DNA from: a virus
Virus record (IMG/VR): IMGVR_UViG_3300013286_000501
Location: 1 to 64,000 of that record
Length of the DNA: 64,000 nt
Reading direction: 5' to 3' (one strand)
The notes under the pieces are model-generated. The model searched no databases and was not told the origin of the DNA. It saw only the letters and a program-made list of their open reading frames with translations. How positions within the stretch are numbered: position 1 is the first letter of the stretch; every line of letters begins with the position of its first letter. This document shows positions 44,746 through 54,196 of the stretch, piece by piece. The translations under genes were made by a program, and so were the position numbers.

Positions 44746-44994
44746 TCAACCGGCTAGTACATCCTGGCTTCCGCCATTTAATACTCTGCCTTTGGATGTA
44801 GCGGCACCCTCTACAACTAAATGTTTATTTTCCACAAATACAGTTGTCGGGCTACTGACAAATACTCCGCTACCTACTGTGTTCCCACCTTCGATAGCAG
44901 CTTCTTTATTATTAATGAACACAGTCTTTGCGCCAGTAACAATTAAGGTACCGGCAACATCAACTCCTACTCTACCTGCCGGATGATCAGCCAT
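44746..44994 (-). CDS. PAAR-like spike-tip protein
   Basis: PAGRVG, GAKTVFINNKEAA, SPTTVFVENK repeats. Confidence 0.7.
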   Translation of the reverse strand: MADHPAGRVGVDVAGTLIVTGAKTVFINNKEAAIEGGNTVGSGVFVSSPTTVFVENKHLVVEGAATSKGRVLNGGSQDVLAG

Positions 44995-44995
44995 A

Positions 44996-45673
44996 TTATA
45001 CCAGGTTAGAAATATCAGGAGTGCCCGACAATGCTGCTGCATTGTTGGCAATGGAACTAGGTTTCTTGAAGTTAAACACAGCAAGCAATCGATCTTTCTG
45101 TTTCTTCAACCAACCAGTAACTTCTTGATATATTGTCATTTCAGTAATCCAGGTACCTATCGATTTCATTGTATCTGTAAGTTTCTGATTCAAATAATTT
45201 CCAGCTACGGCCTGCTGATGGATCATAAACCCGTCTTTTAGTGCTGTCTTTATTTGTTCTATCACTGGGGGCATTGTTGGAACAGTTTTGCCAGCATCGA
45301 TCAATCCTTGTTTAGTCACAGCAGTCTGAAAGTTGTTGGTTTGGATAACACTTGCGGCCATCATCTCTTGAGTTCCAGCAGCATCGGCTATTGCTACCTT
45401 AACACTACCCATTGCCGAGTTAAGATCGCTAACAGCTTTACTAGCACCTTCTGAATTTTCTTTTATAGCATTAAGTGGAACTGCAAGATCAGCCAATGTA
45501 ATTCTAACTCTTTCTAATTGAGCCAACATGGCGGTATGCTGTAAAGCCTGCACTGCATATTGTTTTTCCATAGATGCCATTAAGGCTCCGACAGCAACAG
45601 CAGTTGTATCGGCAATAGTTAATGTTCCGCTGCCGCCTGGCGGGAATACGGTGGTTATGGTAGTTAAAGACAT
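44996..45673 (-). CDS. hypothetical late (virion-associated?) protein
   Basis: TATAAATA upstream; next to PAAR-like gene. Confidence 0.6.
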   Translation of the reverse strand: MSLTTITTVFPPGGSGTLTIADTTAVAVGALMASMEKQYAVQALQHTAMLAQLERVRITLADLAVPLNAIKENSEGASKAVSDLNSAMGSVKVAIADAAGTQEMMAASVIQTNNFQTAVTKQGLIDAGKTVPTMPPVIEQIKTALKDGFMIHQQAVAGNYLNQKLTDTMKSIGTWITEMTIYQEVTGWLKKQKDRLLAVFNFKKPSSIANNAAALSGTPDISNLV

Positions 45674-45711
45674 ATAAATGCTCCTAGTTTAGAGTATTTA
45701 TATGTGGATTA

Positions 45712-45999
45712 TTAGGCTAATGCAATTCCGGTAGTTCCCTGCATGTATTGATCAGCTGCGTCTTTCTTGCTGGGCAACATGACAAATACATGTTCTCTCT
45801 TAAGAGTCATTGTTTCTTTGTCAGCTAGAAAGATCCACGGCATCATGCCTAGTCCGCCACCACTCATTGTCAGTGCTAGTGGGCGATTAATGGTAATACC
45901 ATTTTGATCATCTTTTTCCAAACGAGCGATAATTTCGTCGCCGTTGACTAGTTTGATACTGACTACATCGCCTTCGGCGATTGGTTTGCTTAATAACAT
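45712..45999 (-). CDS. Sm-like-fold phage protein
   Basis: SIKLVNGDEIIA..MMPW..Y...TTGI pattern. Confidence 0.6.
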   Translation of the reverse strand: MLLSKPIAEGDVVSIKLVNGDEIIARLEKDDQNGITINRPLALTMSGGGLGMMPWIFLADKETMTLKREHVFVMLPSKKDAADQYMQGTTGIALA

Positions 46000-46000
46000 T

Positions 46001-46495
46001 TTATTCCTTTGTTTCTTTCGGTAAATCGCACAAGGCTTCTAGAGTCTTGTAATTGTTGTAGGCTTTTTTCAATGCCTCAAAGTGTTCTAACTTTGCAGGG
46101 TCCGGAACCAATATGGCTAACCGACTCTGTATATCATCTAATATTTTGGCAATACTAACACCTTTGATCTTAACATCTCCTTCAAAATCTGCATCGCCTC
46201 GGACACTTAATGATGAAGGATTAGATGATGATGTTATTATGCTTGGAGCAGTACTCCAAGTAGTTCCATTCATGCCGTTATATAGATATGATCCTGCACT
46301 ACCTATAGCGCCAGCTGTGGATATAGTAAAAGAGCTCGAACTCCATAATGACGAGTCAAGAGTAATAGTATCAGAATCTATTTCTCCAGTCTCCTGCGCT
46401 ATAAAACCTGGTTCATCTGACTCGTCTTTCCATTTAAAATCTTCTGTTTTAATATTGGACAGAGCCTCTTTGATTTTATCAAATCCATTAGCCAT
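46001..46495 (-). CDS. hypothetical phage protein
   Basis: ORF track. Confidence 0.65.
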   Translation of the reverse strand: MANGFDKIKEALSNIKTEDFKWKDESDEPGFIAQETGEIDSDTITLDSSLWSSSSFTISTAGAIGSAGSYLYNGMNGTTWSTAPSIITSSSNPSSLSVRGDADFEGDVKIKGVSIAKILDDIQSRLAILVPDPAKLEHFEALKKAYNNYKTLEALCDLPKETKE

Positions 46496-46712
46496 TTAGA
46501 TGCGCTTTCAATTCATTAACTCCGCCGATTACTATACCGTCAATAATAATTTGTGGAACTGATCGAGCAGTTGGGATTTCTTCTAGCAATTCTTCTCTGC
46601 TATATCCATCACCAATTTTACGTTCTTCAAATTTAATATCACGCTGGCCTAACAATGTTTTGGCTTGATCGCATTGGGGACAATTGTATTTTGACCATAC
46701 AACAACTTTCAT
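46488..46712 (-). CDS. glutaredoxin
   Basis: CPQC, SVPQI, IGG; next to nrdB. Confidence 0.92.
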   Translation of the reverse strand: MKVVVWSKYNCPQCDQAKTLLGQRDIKFEERKIGDGYSREELLEEIPTARSVPQIIIDGIVIGGVNELKAHLNG

Positions 46713-46724
46713 TTTTATTTTCCT

Positions 46725-47825
46725 TTATAGATCTGGTAGTTCGTCATATGTCACAGAGTCCGACATGGCCCCAATGACATAATTTGTACTTTCAGTTTCC
46801 TGTAAAGCACTTTGCTTTTTTCCGATATTGACATGCTTATTAAACCATGGGATAGGGTTAGATTTAGGATGCTCTCCTTGATACTTAACGCCAATGTCTT
46901 TGAGACGAGTAAATGCAGTATAATCAACAAAGTCACTCAAGATGGCAGCATTAAGTCCAATGACTGGACCTAGTTTAAACAAATAGGTGGCCCAATCTTT
47001 TTCTTCTTGGATAACAGACATATACATTGCATATACTTCATCAGCACATTCTTCAACTAAATTGGCAAAATCTGCATCATCTTTGGTCACATTGTTGATT
47101 AACCAGGCAGTCCATTCTGCATGTAGGATTTCGTCCTGTAGGATTAGACTAATAATATTACCATTACCAATATAAATCTTATTCTCTACCATGGCTAGAC
47201 TAGTAGCAAATGATACCATAAAGCGGAATGCTTCTAGTGCATAGCTGGCATGTAGTGCTAGCCAAATTGCTCGCTTGTGTTCTCGTATTGATATTTCCTC
47301 ACCTAACTCTTTACGACAGTTAAGAATATGAAGGTCCTCATAGTAGCGACCAATGTTAGCAGCCATACTAACAATTTCGCTTGTGTCGTGAATCTTGTTA
47401 AATTCTTCTTTAGGTACTCCATATACGTTCCTAATAATGTGACTGTATGACTTGCTGTGAATATTAGTTTCAAAGAAACTCCAGTTACTAACAAGTGCTT
47501 CTAGTTCAGGGATACTGATAACAGGACTAAACACTTGATTAGGCGCTCGCCCTTGAATACTGTCCAGTGCAGTTTGGCGCAGTAGGTTGCTGGTGAAGAT
47601 ATGCTTGATTGCATCACTGGAATCCTTGTGATCCATTTTGTCTTTGGTAAGACTAATTTCCTCTGGCACCCAAAAGAAACCACGTGCTGTTTCTTCATAT
47701 TTGGCGATCCGAGGATACTTGACTTCTTCAAACCGCTGTACAGTGACCGGACCTGCTGGATCCAAAAACATTGTGCGTTTTAGATAGTTTGTTTGTTTTG
47801 TTAAATTGTATTGTGCTTTGCTCAT
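46725..47825 (-). CDS. nrdB: ribonucleotide reductase class Ia beta subunit
   Basis: FFWVPEEI, LDSIQGR, ETNIHSKSY, EAFRF..SF, DEILH. Confidence 0.95.
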   Translation of the reverse strand: MSKAQYNLTKQTNYLKRTMFLDPAGPVTVQRFEEVKYPRIAKYEETARGFFWVPEEISLTKDKMDHKDSSDAIKHIFTSNLLRQTALDSIQGRAPNQVFSPVISIPELEALVSNWSFFETNIHSKSYSHIIRNVYGVPKEEFNKIHDTSEIVSMAANIGRYYEDLHILNCRKELGEEISIREHKRAIWLALHASYALEAFRFMVSFATSLAMVENKIYIGNGNIISLILQDEILHAEWTAWLINNVTKDDADFANLVEECADEVYAMYMSVIQEEKDWATYLFKLGPVIGLNAAILSDFVDYTAFTRLKDIGVKYQGEHPKSNPIPWFNKHVNIGKKQSALQETESTNYVIGAMSDSVTYDELPDL

Positions 47826-48067
47826 TGCTTATCCTGTTTTGTTAGTGTTGGATTGTTCCAAACATTTCTATTGTGTATTACACTGTCTTTCAGTAACCGC
47901 CAAGTGCGTTCTTGGAGTGTTTCTGTCCATTCAAAATACAAACTGTTCAAAGGCGGTCTGCCAGTTGATTCATCGTATAGGCTTTTGTGCTGGAGGTAGT
48001 ATTTAAGCCAAATACATTTTCCACTAGTTACTTTGGTGGGTAACCAGGCGAATTTTTTATTTTCCAT
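47822..48067 (-). CDS. hypothetical phage protein
   Basis: ORF track. Confidence 0.6.
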   Translation of the reverse strand: MENKKFAWLPTKVTSGKCIWLKYYLQHKSLYDESTGRPPLNSLYFEWTETLQERTWRLLKDSVIHNRNVWNNPTLTKQDKQ

Positions 48068-48115
48068 TGCACATTGGCTTTCTAGTAGTTCTGCCGCAGG
48101 TACATGTACTCATAG

Positions 48116-48334
48116 TTATCCTTTGTAGTATTGTACAATGCCTAGGAACCATACCGAAGCCAGCATGCCAAAGTTTGCGGCACTGGGCCAATCTCTTGTG
48201 CGTACAGCAGTGGCTAACCAAGCGGCATTGCCTATAAACAATAATTCAATGCCTAGGATAGGATCTAGTTGAAAACTAACCACAGTAGCGCCTGCTAGCA
48301 TGACACTAAAGCATAACCATTTGATTACATTCAT
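48116..48334 (-). CDS. small membrane protein
   Basis: Three hydrophobic segments. Confidence 0.55.
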   Translation of the reverse strand: MNVIKWLCFSVMLAGATVVSFQLDPILGIELLFIGNAAWLATAVRTRDWPSAANFGMLASVWFLGIVQYYKG

Positions 48335-48335
48335 A

Positions 48336-48461
48336 TTAGGCCATGGTGATGGCAATAAATGCCAGCATAAAACTCAACACTGCTCCTACGATGGGAATCA
48401 CAATGTGTATGTGTTTTACCACATCTTCTACTGGATCTTCTTCTTGATTTGGATCTTCCAT
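48336..48461 (-). CDS. small single-TM protein (41 aa)
   Basis: Hand-translated MEDPNQEEDPVEDVVKHIHIVIPIVGAVLSFMLAFIAITMA. Confidence 0.55.
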   Translation of the reverse strand: MEDPNQEEDPVEDVVKHIHIVIPIVGAVLSFMLAFIAITMA

Positions 48462-48464
48462 ATT

Positions 48465-48929
48465 TTAACTTTCTGTTATTCTTTTCACACGCACAGCCCA
48501 GTTGCCACGTAGGGCAAAATACAATCCACCAATCCAAAGACTGAAGTGTAAGTAGTCAGTGAGAATAAACTGTAGGATGCTTTCTGGTTTCAACACTGTC
48601 CAGATCACACCAGTGGCCACACAGCACATCACAATGCCGCTGAATCTGGTGACAACATCGCCCAGTTCTGCCAAGATGCTGATGTCTCTGATTCGGGGCA
48701 GGGTTGGCACAGCACCTGCCAACAGGCCCACACCAGCGCCAATCTCACTCACAATAACAAACAGCCACACCATGGCGGGCAAGCCAAATGCTTCTCCACC
48801 CCCAGCATCGTAGGGCAGTTTGCTGAGACCCTGCGTAATGAATACAAGGGCAAGTGGTATGCGTAACAAGATGTGGCTCCAGTCAAAGTCTGGTAGTCGT
48901 TGCCAATAGTTTTTAAATATGTTTGTCAT
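48465..48929 (-). CDS. DoxX-family membrane protein
   Basis: LLRIPLALVFITQGLSKL, EIGAGVGLLAG, TRF. Confidence 0.8.
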   Translation of the reverse strand: MTNIFKNYWQRLPDFDWSHILLRIPLALVFITQGLSKLPYDAGGGEAFGLPAMVWLFVIVSEIGAGVGLLAGAVPTLPRIRDISILAELGDVVTRFSGIVMCCVATGVIWTVLKPESILQFILTDYLHFSLWIGGLYFALRGNWAVRVKRITES

Positions 48930-49060
48930 GGTTCAACTCCGAATAGTTTCACTGGGTGCCCATTCATCTGAACAGTCCAATGATTCTTATAAAGTATAGG
49001 GACAAAACACAAGGTCATCCCAATCATGCAAAATACAAACGCCTTTAATAGTTCTTTCAT
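48926..49060 (-). CDS. small membrane protein ending FGVEP (44 aa)
   Basis: Hand-translated; partial copy of the array junction repeat at its 3' end. Confidence 0.45.
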   Translation of the reverse strand: MKELLKAFVFCMIGMTLCFVPILYKNHWTVQMNGHPVKLFGVEP

Positions 49061-49076
49061 TTTGTTTCCTTAATTG

Positions 49077-49610
49077 CTATATTTTGCGGCAAATGGCCAC
49101 TGCCGCTCTACTGCCCACACCAATCATGCCACACCATGCGCTTAGTATGGGATTGCTACTGACCACTCTAGCGCCAGCATCGTCCCTGTGATGAATCTCA
49201 TCTGCTTGACACTTGATCAGCACCTCAAGGATCTTGTTGTGATCCCTATACTCACTCAACTGATCGATCTGTTGCTGATAATGCTGGTCCACAAATGTTT
49301 CCACTGCTTGAATAGTGGCATACACAGTATTACGGCCAAACAGGGCAGGCACAGCACCAGTGAGCCAACCTGCCACTCGCCAAGGTGTTTCCAGTCTGCT
49401 ACGCTGTTCACCGGGCACCAACTGGTTCATCATGGTCAAATGCGCCTGTTCTACAGCACCGTGCTCATCAGCAAACCGCATGAGTTCATGGTCACCACGC
49501 CAAAGAGCCACGGCTTTGATACCACGATAGATTTCCACAGCACCCACTTCGCCAGCATGATCCGAACGCAGTTCCTGCTCTATGTATTTGGAGTCAGGAT
49601 GTGTGTTCAT
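49077..49610 (-). CDS. Coq7-like demethoxyubiquinone hydroxylase (di-iron)
   Basis: LRSDHAGEVGAV.IY.G, E..HL, VETFVDQHY..QI, DEIHHR. Confidence 0.88.
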   Translation of the reverse strand: MNTHPDSKYIEQELRSDHAGEVGAVEIYRGIKAVALWRGDHELMRFADEHGAVEQAHLTMMNQLVPGEQRSRLETPWRVAGWLTGAVPALFGRNTVYATIQAVETFVDQHYQQQIDQLSEYRDHNKILEVLIKCQADEIHHRDDAGARVVSSNPILSAWCGMIGVGSRAAVAICRKI

Positions 49611-49611
49611 G

Positions 49612-49908
49612 TTATTTCATTGTGGCTGTGTAGGCCGCAATGTTTTTAATATCGTCAGCGCTCAGCGCACCAGCCATACCCCACATGAGAGCACTTTGTG
49701 GACCACGCTGTTCTTTGTTTTTGTAGGCTGTGAGTTTTTGTACAATCACTTCTGGCTTCTGTCCTGCCAACTTGGGACCTGCTCCGCCTTGACCTTGAGC
49801 ACCATGACAGGCCGCACAGGTGGCATATTTGGCCTTGCCCAGATCGGCATTCTGTGCCTGGGCTGGAACTGATAACGCTACAAGAGAGGCTACTACGAGA
49901 TATTTCAT
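49612..49908 (-). CDS. mono-heme cytochrome c (c553/c4-like)
   Basis: Signal peptide, CAACH, PKLAGQ, axial Met. Confidence 0.92.
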   Translation of the reverse strand: MKYLVVASLVALSVPAQAQNADLGKAKYATCAACHGAQGQGGAGPKLAGQKPEVIVQKLTAYKNKEQRGPQSALMWGMAGALSADDIKNIAAYTATMK

Positions 49909-49928
49909 TTTGTTACCTTTATTAAAAA

Positions 49929-50312
49929 TTAATTACGAGACAGCATTTGGTCAGCTCGTGTTACTGCGGCAAGTCTTTGATCTTCAGTCAGCTCATCACA
50001 GCGACTGGAACGATCTGGTGCTCGCAACCAATCCACACCTGTACGTGGTGCATAGGTTCGTTCCACTGAACGAAACACAGCCCATGTGCCAAACACCATA
50101 CTGATAATGGCAATGTGCCCAATCATGTTGTAACCGATTGTAAGCAGTTCGCCCACATATAAACCAAATGCCAAACTCCAAAAGCAACCCAGCAAGATTG
50201 AGGCAAAGTATTTGATGTGTGCGGGAGCATGTCGTAGGGGATTGATGTTGGGATTCATGATGTTCCACGAGGAACGAGTCACTAACCAGAAAAATTTGAG
50301 TATGCTAAACAT
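49929..50312 (-). CDS. hypothetical membrane protein
   Basis: Two TM segments; sigma70-like promoter at 50338-50367. Confidence 0.65.
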   Translation of the reverse strand: MFSILKFFWLVTRSSWNIMNPNINPLRHAPAHIKYFASILLGCFWSLAFGLYVGELLTIGYNMIGHIAIISMVFGTWAVFRSVERTYAPRTGVDWLRAPDRSSRCDELTEDQRLAAVTRADQMLSRN

Positions 50313-50386
50313 AACAGTCCTTGAATGTTAAAATTTAATTATACTATGTTCAAGTACCTGTTGTCAACTGTTTTTGATAACAAATA

Positions 50387-51037
50387 TCAATATCTTCCGC
50401 TGGCAAGAACTATGCGGGCAATGTGCTCGAGGCGTTCTATGTGCTCATATGCACGCCACGGACTTGTGTCAATGGCCACAACGCCATGTCCTTTGATACC
50501 CACAATGTCGTAGGCAATGTTTCCGTCTTTATCTAACTGTAAGTTTTCGTGACAACGATCAGCAAGCTCTTGGCTGATTGGAGCAACATCACCTACGTTT
50601 GGTGCTACTTTTGTATAACGATTGAGTTCCGGGAACGCATCGCTGATAGTACTGAGATCAATGCCGGCATGCATAGCTGCAATGCAGTAGGTAGGGTGAA
50701 CGTGTACCACTACACGAACTTCACCACTATGCTGACCCATATTCTTTTGTAGGCCAAAGTGTAATGGAATCTCGCCGCTAGGTTCCAAGTTAGAACTGAT
50801 ATTAGTATAAAACTCTTCTTCCCACGATTTTGTTAAAAACGGCGGGGCTATATTAAGTTGATCTACTAATTTAATCTTCTTAAACTGGTCAGGCTGTAGT
50901 GTTTGCTTGCGGACGCCGCTGGGCGTGATATAAAAGTGATCACGGTCGTGATGACGAATGCTAACATTGCCATCACGACTGGTAATCCAATTGCGCTTAT
51001 ATGCGTCTTCTAATACTTCACAAATTGTTTCTAACAT
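50387..51037 (-). CDS. class II aldolase/adducin-family protein
   Basis: DGNVS.R, ITPSG, PSGE..LH, VHVHP, GHG. Confidence 0.88.
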   Translation of the reverse strand: MLETICEVLEDAYKRNWITSRDGNVSIRHHDRDHFYITPSGVRKQTLQPDQFKKIKLVDQLNIAPPFLTKSWEEEFYTNISSNLEPSGEIPLHFGLQKNMGQHSGEVRVVVHVHPTYCIAAMHAGIDLSTISDAFPELNRYTKVAPNVGDVAPISQELADRCHENLQLDKDGNIAYDIVGIKGHGVVAIDTSPWRAYEHIERLEHIARIVLASGRY

Positions 51038-51039
51038 TT

Positions 51040-51357
51040 TTATACTCTAAAACTTTCACCACATCCGCAACGGTCACGCTCGTTGGGATTTTTAAATTCA
51101 AATCCTTCGTTCAATCCATTTATTACATAATCTACTTCAACGCCATTAACATATGGAGATGATCTACCATCCACCCAAACTTTAACTCCGTAGCTTTCAT
51201 AAACAAATTGATCACGTGTAACAGGCACACTGTCTACATATTCTAACACATAGGCAAGGCCAGAGCAACCGGTAGTTTTAACACCTACCCTTATACCCAA
51301 TCCCTTGCCGCGTTTTTCAATAACCTGTGCTACTTTTTTGGCAGCACGTTCTGTCAT
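51040..51357 (-). CDS. iscA: Fe-S cluster assembly A-type carrier IscA
   Basis: GCSGLAY, F.NPN...CGCGESF. Confidence 0.92.
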   Translation of the reverse strand: MTERAAKKVAQVIEKRGKGLGIRVGVKTTGCSGLAYVLEYVDSVPVTRDQFVYESYGVKVWVDGRSSPYVNGVEVDYVINGLNEGFEFKNPNERDRCGCGESFRV

Positions 51358-51362
51358 TGAGA

Positions 51363-53720
51363 TCACAACTTGCAGGATTCGCAAGAATCATCTTCCAATT
51401 CAGTGTATAGTATAACATTATCTACGGCATTGATTGCAATAGGTGTGAGTGAATGTGTGCCGGTATCCGCCTTGGCACCAACTTTGTTGATCAAACTGTA
51501 GTAGATTGTTTTCAATCCCCACTTGTAGGCTAACATTAAATTCTTGGCAATCAGTGTGCCGGGAACTTTGCGATCCTGTTGTGTATCACTACTAGTGAAG
51601 TGTGCAGGATTGTAGAATGTATTGGTGCTTAATGATTGATCAATATACACTGCCAGTACCGCCGATGTCTTCAAATACTCGACACAATCCTTTTGATCCC
51701 ACATCAACTGATAACGATTCTTTAGGCGTTTGTACTCTGGTACTACCTGTACAAACGATCCAGCCTTTGATTCCTTAACACTAATTAATTCCATCGGCAT
51801 TTCAATTCCGTTGGTACTGTTTAGAACAACTGAGCTAGACTCTACAGGCGCAACTGCCATCAGTGTAGCATTACGGATACCATACTTCTTCATACGTGCT
51901 CGCAATGGTTCCCAATCTAGACTAGGAGTAAAGTCTGTTAGCTCATTAACACCGGGCGCACGGCGCTCCCAGGGGAATACTCCCTTACCGTAGTAAGTGT
52001 ATTGGCTACGCTGACATGGTCCACGCTCTTGGGCCAGTTCAACACTCGCTTCAGTGAGGTAGTATGCTTGATGCTCCATCCACCGCTTGACTTCTGCAAG
52101 TGCATCAGCTTCGCCGTACTTAAAACTCTTACGCGCATGCCAGTAGGCTAGATTAGTGATGCCAACGCCGAGAGGTTCGAAGTCTGTGTTGGCTAATTTA
52201 CTTTGTACTGATAAGAAGTCTTGATAGTTCAACAAGTTGGATAACGAGCGAACTAGCACACGACAGGCTTTTCTCATTTCTTGTGGGTTACGGAATGCGC
52301 CCCAGTTGATTGACCCAAGAGTGCAAAGAGCAATTCGTCCCTCTGGATCTTCAATTCTTTGGAAAGGCTTCGTGGGTAAAAGTATCTCTTGGCATAAGTT
52401 TGATTGATATATAGGGTCAAGCTGTGTATCAAACGGCCCCTGGTTGATAACATTGTCGATATTGACAAGATATATGCGCCCAGTATCAGTACGTTCTTTA
52501 AGGATTCCAGCTTTGAATATCGCATCCGCAGATACAACTTTCTTTTTAATTTTCTTGTCCTGCTCATATTGTAGATATAACTTCTCAAATTCTTTACTGT
52601 CTCTGTAGTAGGCTTCGTATAGGTCCGGGACCTCGTGAGGATCAAATAAAGAAATCATTTCGTTATTCTTATAACGATTCCAGAACATCTTATTAACTAC
52701 AACACTATAGTCCATTTGTCTTACACGAACTTCTTCAGTACCTTGATTGTTCTTTAGTACAATAAGGTCCTCAAATTGATAATGCCAAACAGGGAAGGTA
52801 ACTGTACAACTGGCGTTGCGTATGCCGCCTTGGCTGCATGATCTCAAATCAGCAAACCATTTCTTCAAGAATGGTATCATACCCGTATGTTTGATTTCTC
52901 CGTTGCGAATTGGAGCACCTAACGGTCTGATTCTGCCTATTTCGAGGCCGATTCCGGCTCGTTTTGAGGCATATTTGGCCATCATTTCCCCGGCCGCGAA
53001 AATACTGTCCAAAGTATCATCCGAACTAATGAGAACGCAAGAACTAAATTGTTTTGTAGTTGTTCCAAGCCCTGCCAAAACTGGTGTAGCCAACGTGAAG
53101 TGGCCTGCACTAGCACATTCATAATATTCTTTAACATATTTTAATCTTGTCTCTTTTAATTCATTATGGAATGCTGTTGCAGCCGCAACAGCATAACGCA
53201 CCTGCGGTGTTTCATAGATAGTATTATTGGCACGATTTTGTACAAGATATTTTTCACATAACTGTGCGATAGCCGCAAACGTGTAAGTTTCATCTTTGTC
53301 GTGGTCAATAAACAGGTCAATAATGTTCCATTCATCTTCTGTGTACCAGTCTAGCAGTTCACTGGTGTACATACCTAGTTCTACATTCTTTTTAACAATA
53401 TGGTAAAGTTTAGGCGGATCATATTCACCATATACTTCTTTACGCAACATACTGACACGTTGGCGACCTGCTACGTATTGATAATTAACGTTGTTGATTT
53501 CTGGGTTTTCAGATTCATCTATCAAATTAACCATAGCGTTGAGTAATAACTCATCTATGGTCTTTGTGCTCATTCCGTCGTGCAATTCTATTTGTGCTTT
53601 AATTTCAATCATACTAGGACTAACACCGTCAATGCCTTTGCAAGCATGGGCGACCTGTCTCTGTATTTTAGAAATGTTTAGTGGGACTTTTGTCCCATCT
53701 CTTTTGATCACGTTGATCAT
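51363..53720 (-). CDS. nrdA: ribonucleotide reductase class Ia alpha subunit
   Basis: ATP cone VIKRDG, QFSSC, SNLCQEI, KTIYY, C-terminal CESCKL. Confidence 0.97.
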   Translation of the reverse strand: MINVIKRDGTKVPLNISKIQRQVAHACKGIDGVSPSMIEIKAQIELHDGMSTKTIDELLLNAMVNLIDESENPEINNVNYQYVAGRQRVSMLRKEVYGEYDPPKLYHIVKKNVELGMYTSELLDWYTEDEWNIIDLFIDHDKDETYTFAAIAQLCEKYLVQNRANNTIYETPQVRYAVAAATAFHNELKETRLKYVKEYYECASAGHFTLATPVLAGLGTTTKQFSSCVLISSDDTLDSIFAAGEMMAKYASKRAGIGLEIGRIRPLGAPIRNGEIKHTGMIPFLKKWFADLRSCSQGGIRNASCTVTFPVWHYQFEDLIVLKNNQGTEEVRVRQMDYSVVVNKMFWNRYKNNEMISLFDPHEVPDLYEAYYRDSKEFEKLYLQYEQDKKIKKKVVSADAIFKAGILKERTDTGRIYLVNIDNVINQGPFDTQLDPIYQSNLCQEILLPTKPFQRIEDPEGRIALCTLGSINWGAFRNPQEMRKACRVLVRSLSNLLNYQDFLSVQSKLANTDFEPLGVGITNLAYWHARKSFKYGEADALAEVKRWMEHQAYYLTEASVELAQERGPCQRSQYTYYGKGVFPWERRAPGVNELTDFTPSLDWEPLRARMKKYGIRNATLMAVAPVESSSVVLNSTNGIEMPMELISVKESKAGSFVQVVPEYKRLKNRYQLMWDQKDCVEYLKTSAVLAVYIDQSLSTNTFYNPAHFTSSDTQQDRKVPGTLIAKNLMLAYKWGLKTIYYSLINKVGAKADTGTHSLTPIAINAVDNVILYTELEDDSCESCKL

Positions 53721-53758
53721 TGTTAGTTGAACCTTCTTAAATGTGTCGAGGAAGATAT

Positions 53759-54196
53759 TTACCTAGCGGGCTCAAGTTCCACTAGATTTTCTAGTAAAAA
53801 CGAGTCTGGTATATTTTCTATGGTTACAGGGCCGTTATCAATATAGTTAATTGCCCATGTATCGTCAACACATACTACATTGTATTGCCTAGACTTTGAT
53901 TTGTCTACATAAGTTTTAACCATGATTACAGATTTGTTAAACCTATCAGTTAGCTTTAATGTCCATGCTATCATAACAGCTTTGGTAAAATCATCGTATT
54001 TGTTGTCCACAATGATTTCCCAAGGGCTAGGCCAACTAGCTTTATGGTAAGGGTCAATTTTGTTGTTGTAGGGGATATAGGGAGCCTGTTTCCAGAATGC
54101 CCATACATCCTCAAATGGTAAAGTGCTGTTATTTAATTGGGCACGGTGCTGTGCCCACAATGACAATCTGTCATCGATTGATTGGCTAAACATCAA
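53759..54196 (-). CDS. hypothetical phage protein
   Basis: ORF track. Confidence 0.65.
   Translation of the reverse strand: MMFSQSIDDRLSLWAQHRAQLNNSTLPFEDVWAFWKQAPYIPYNNKIDPYHKASWPSPWEIIVDNKYDDFTKAVMIAWTLKLTDRFNKSVIMVKTYVDKSKSRQYNVVCVDDTWAINYIDNGPVTIENIPDSFLLENLVELEPAR

Noticed and set aside
48331-48537. Track ORF 48331-48537
   Set aside because: It overlaps DoxX; the alternative frame 48336-48461 gives a cleaner TM protein that fits the gap
46725-53720. Introns or inteins in nrdA/nrdB
   Set aside because: Both ORFs are continuous and of normal length
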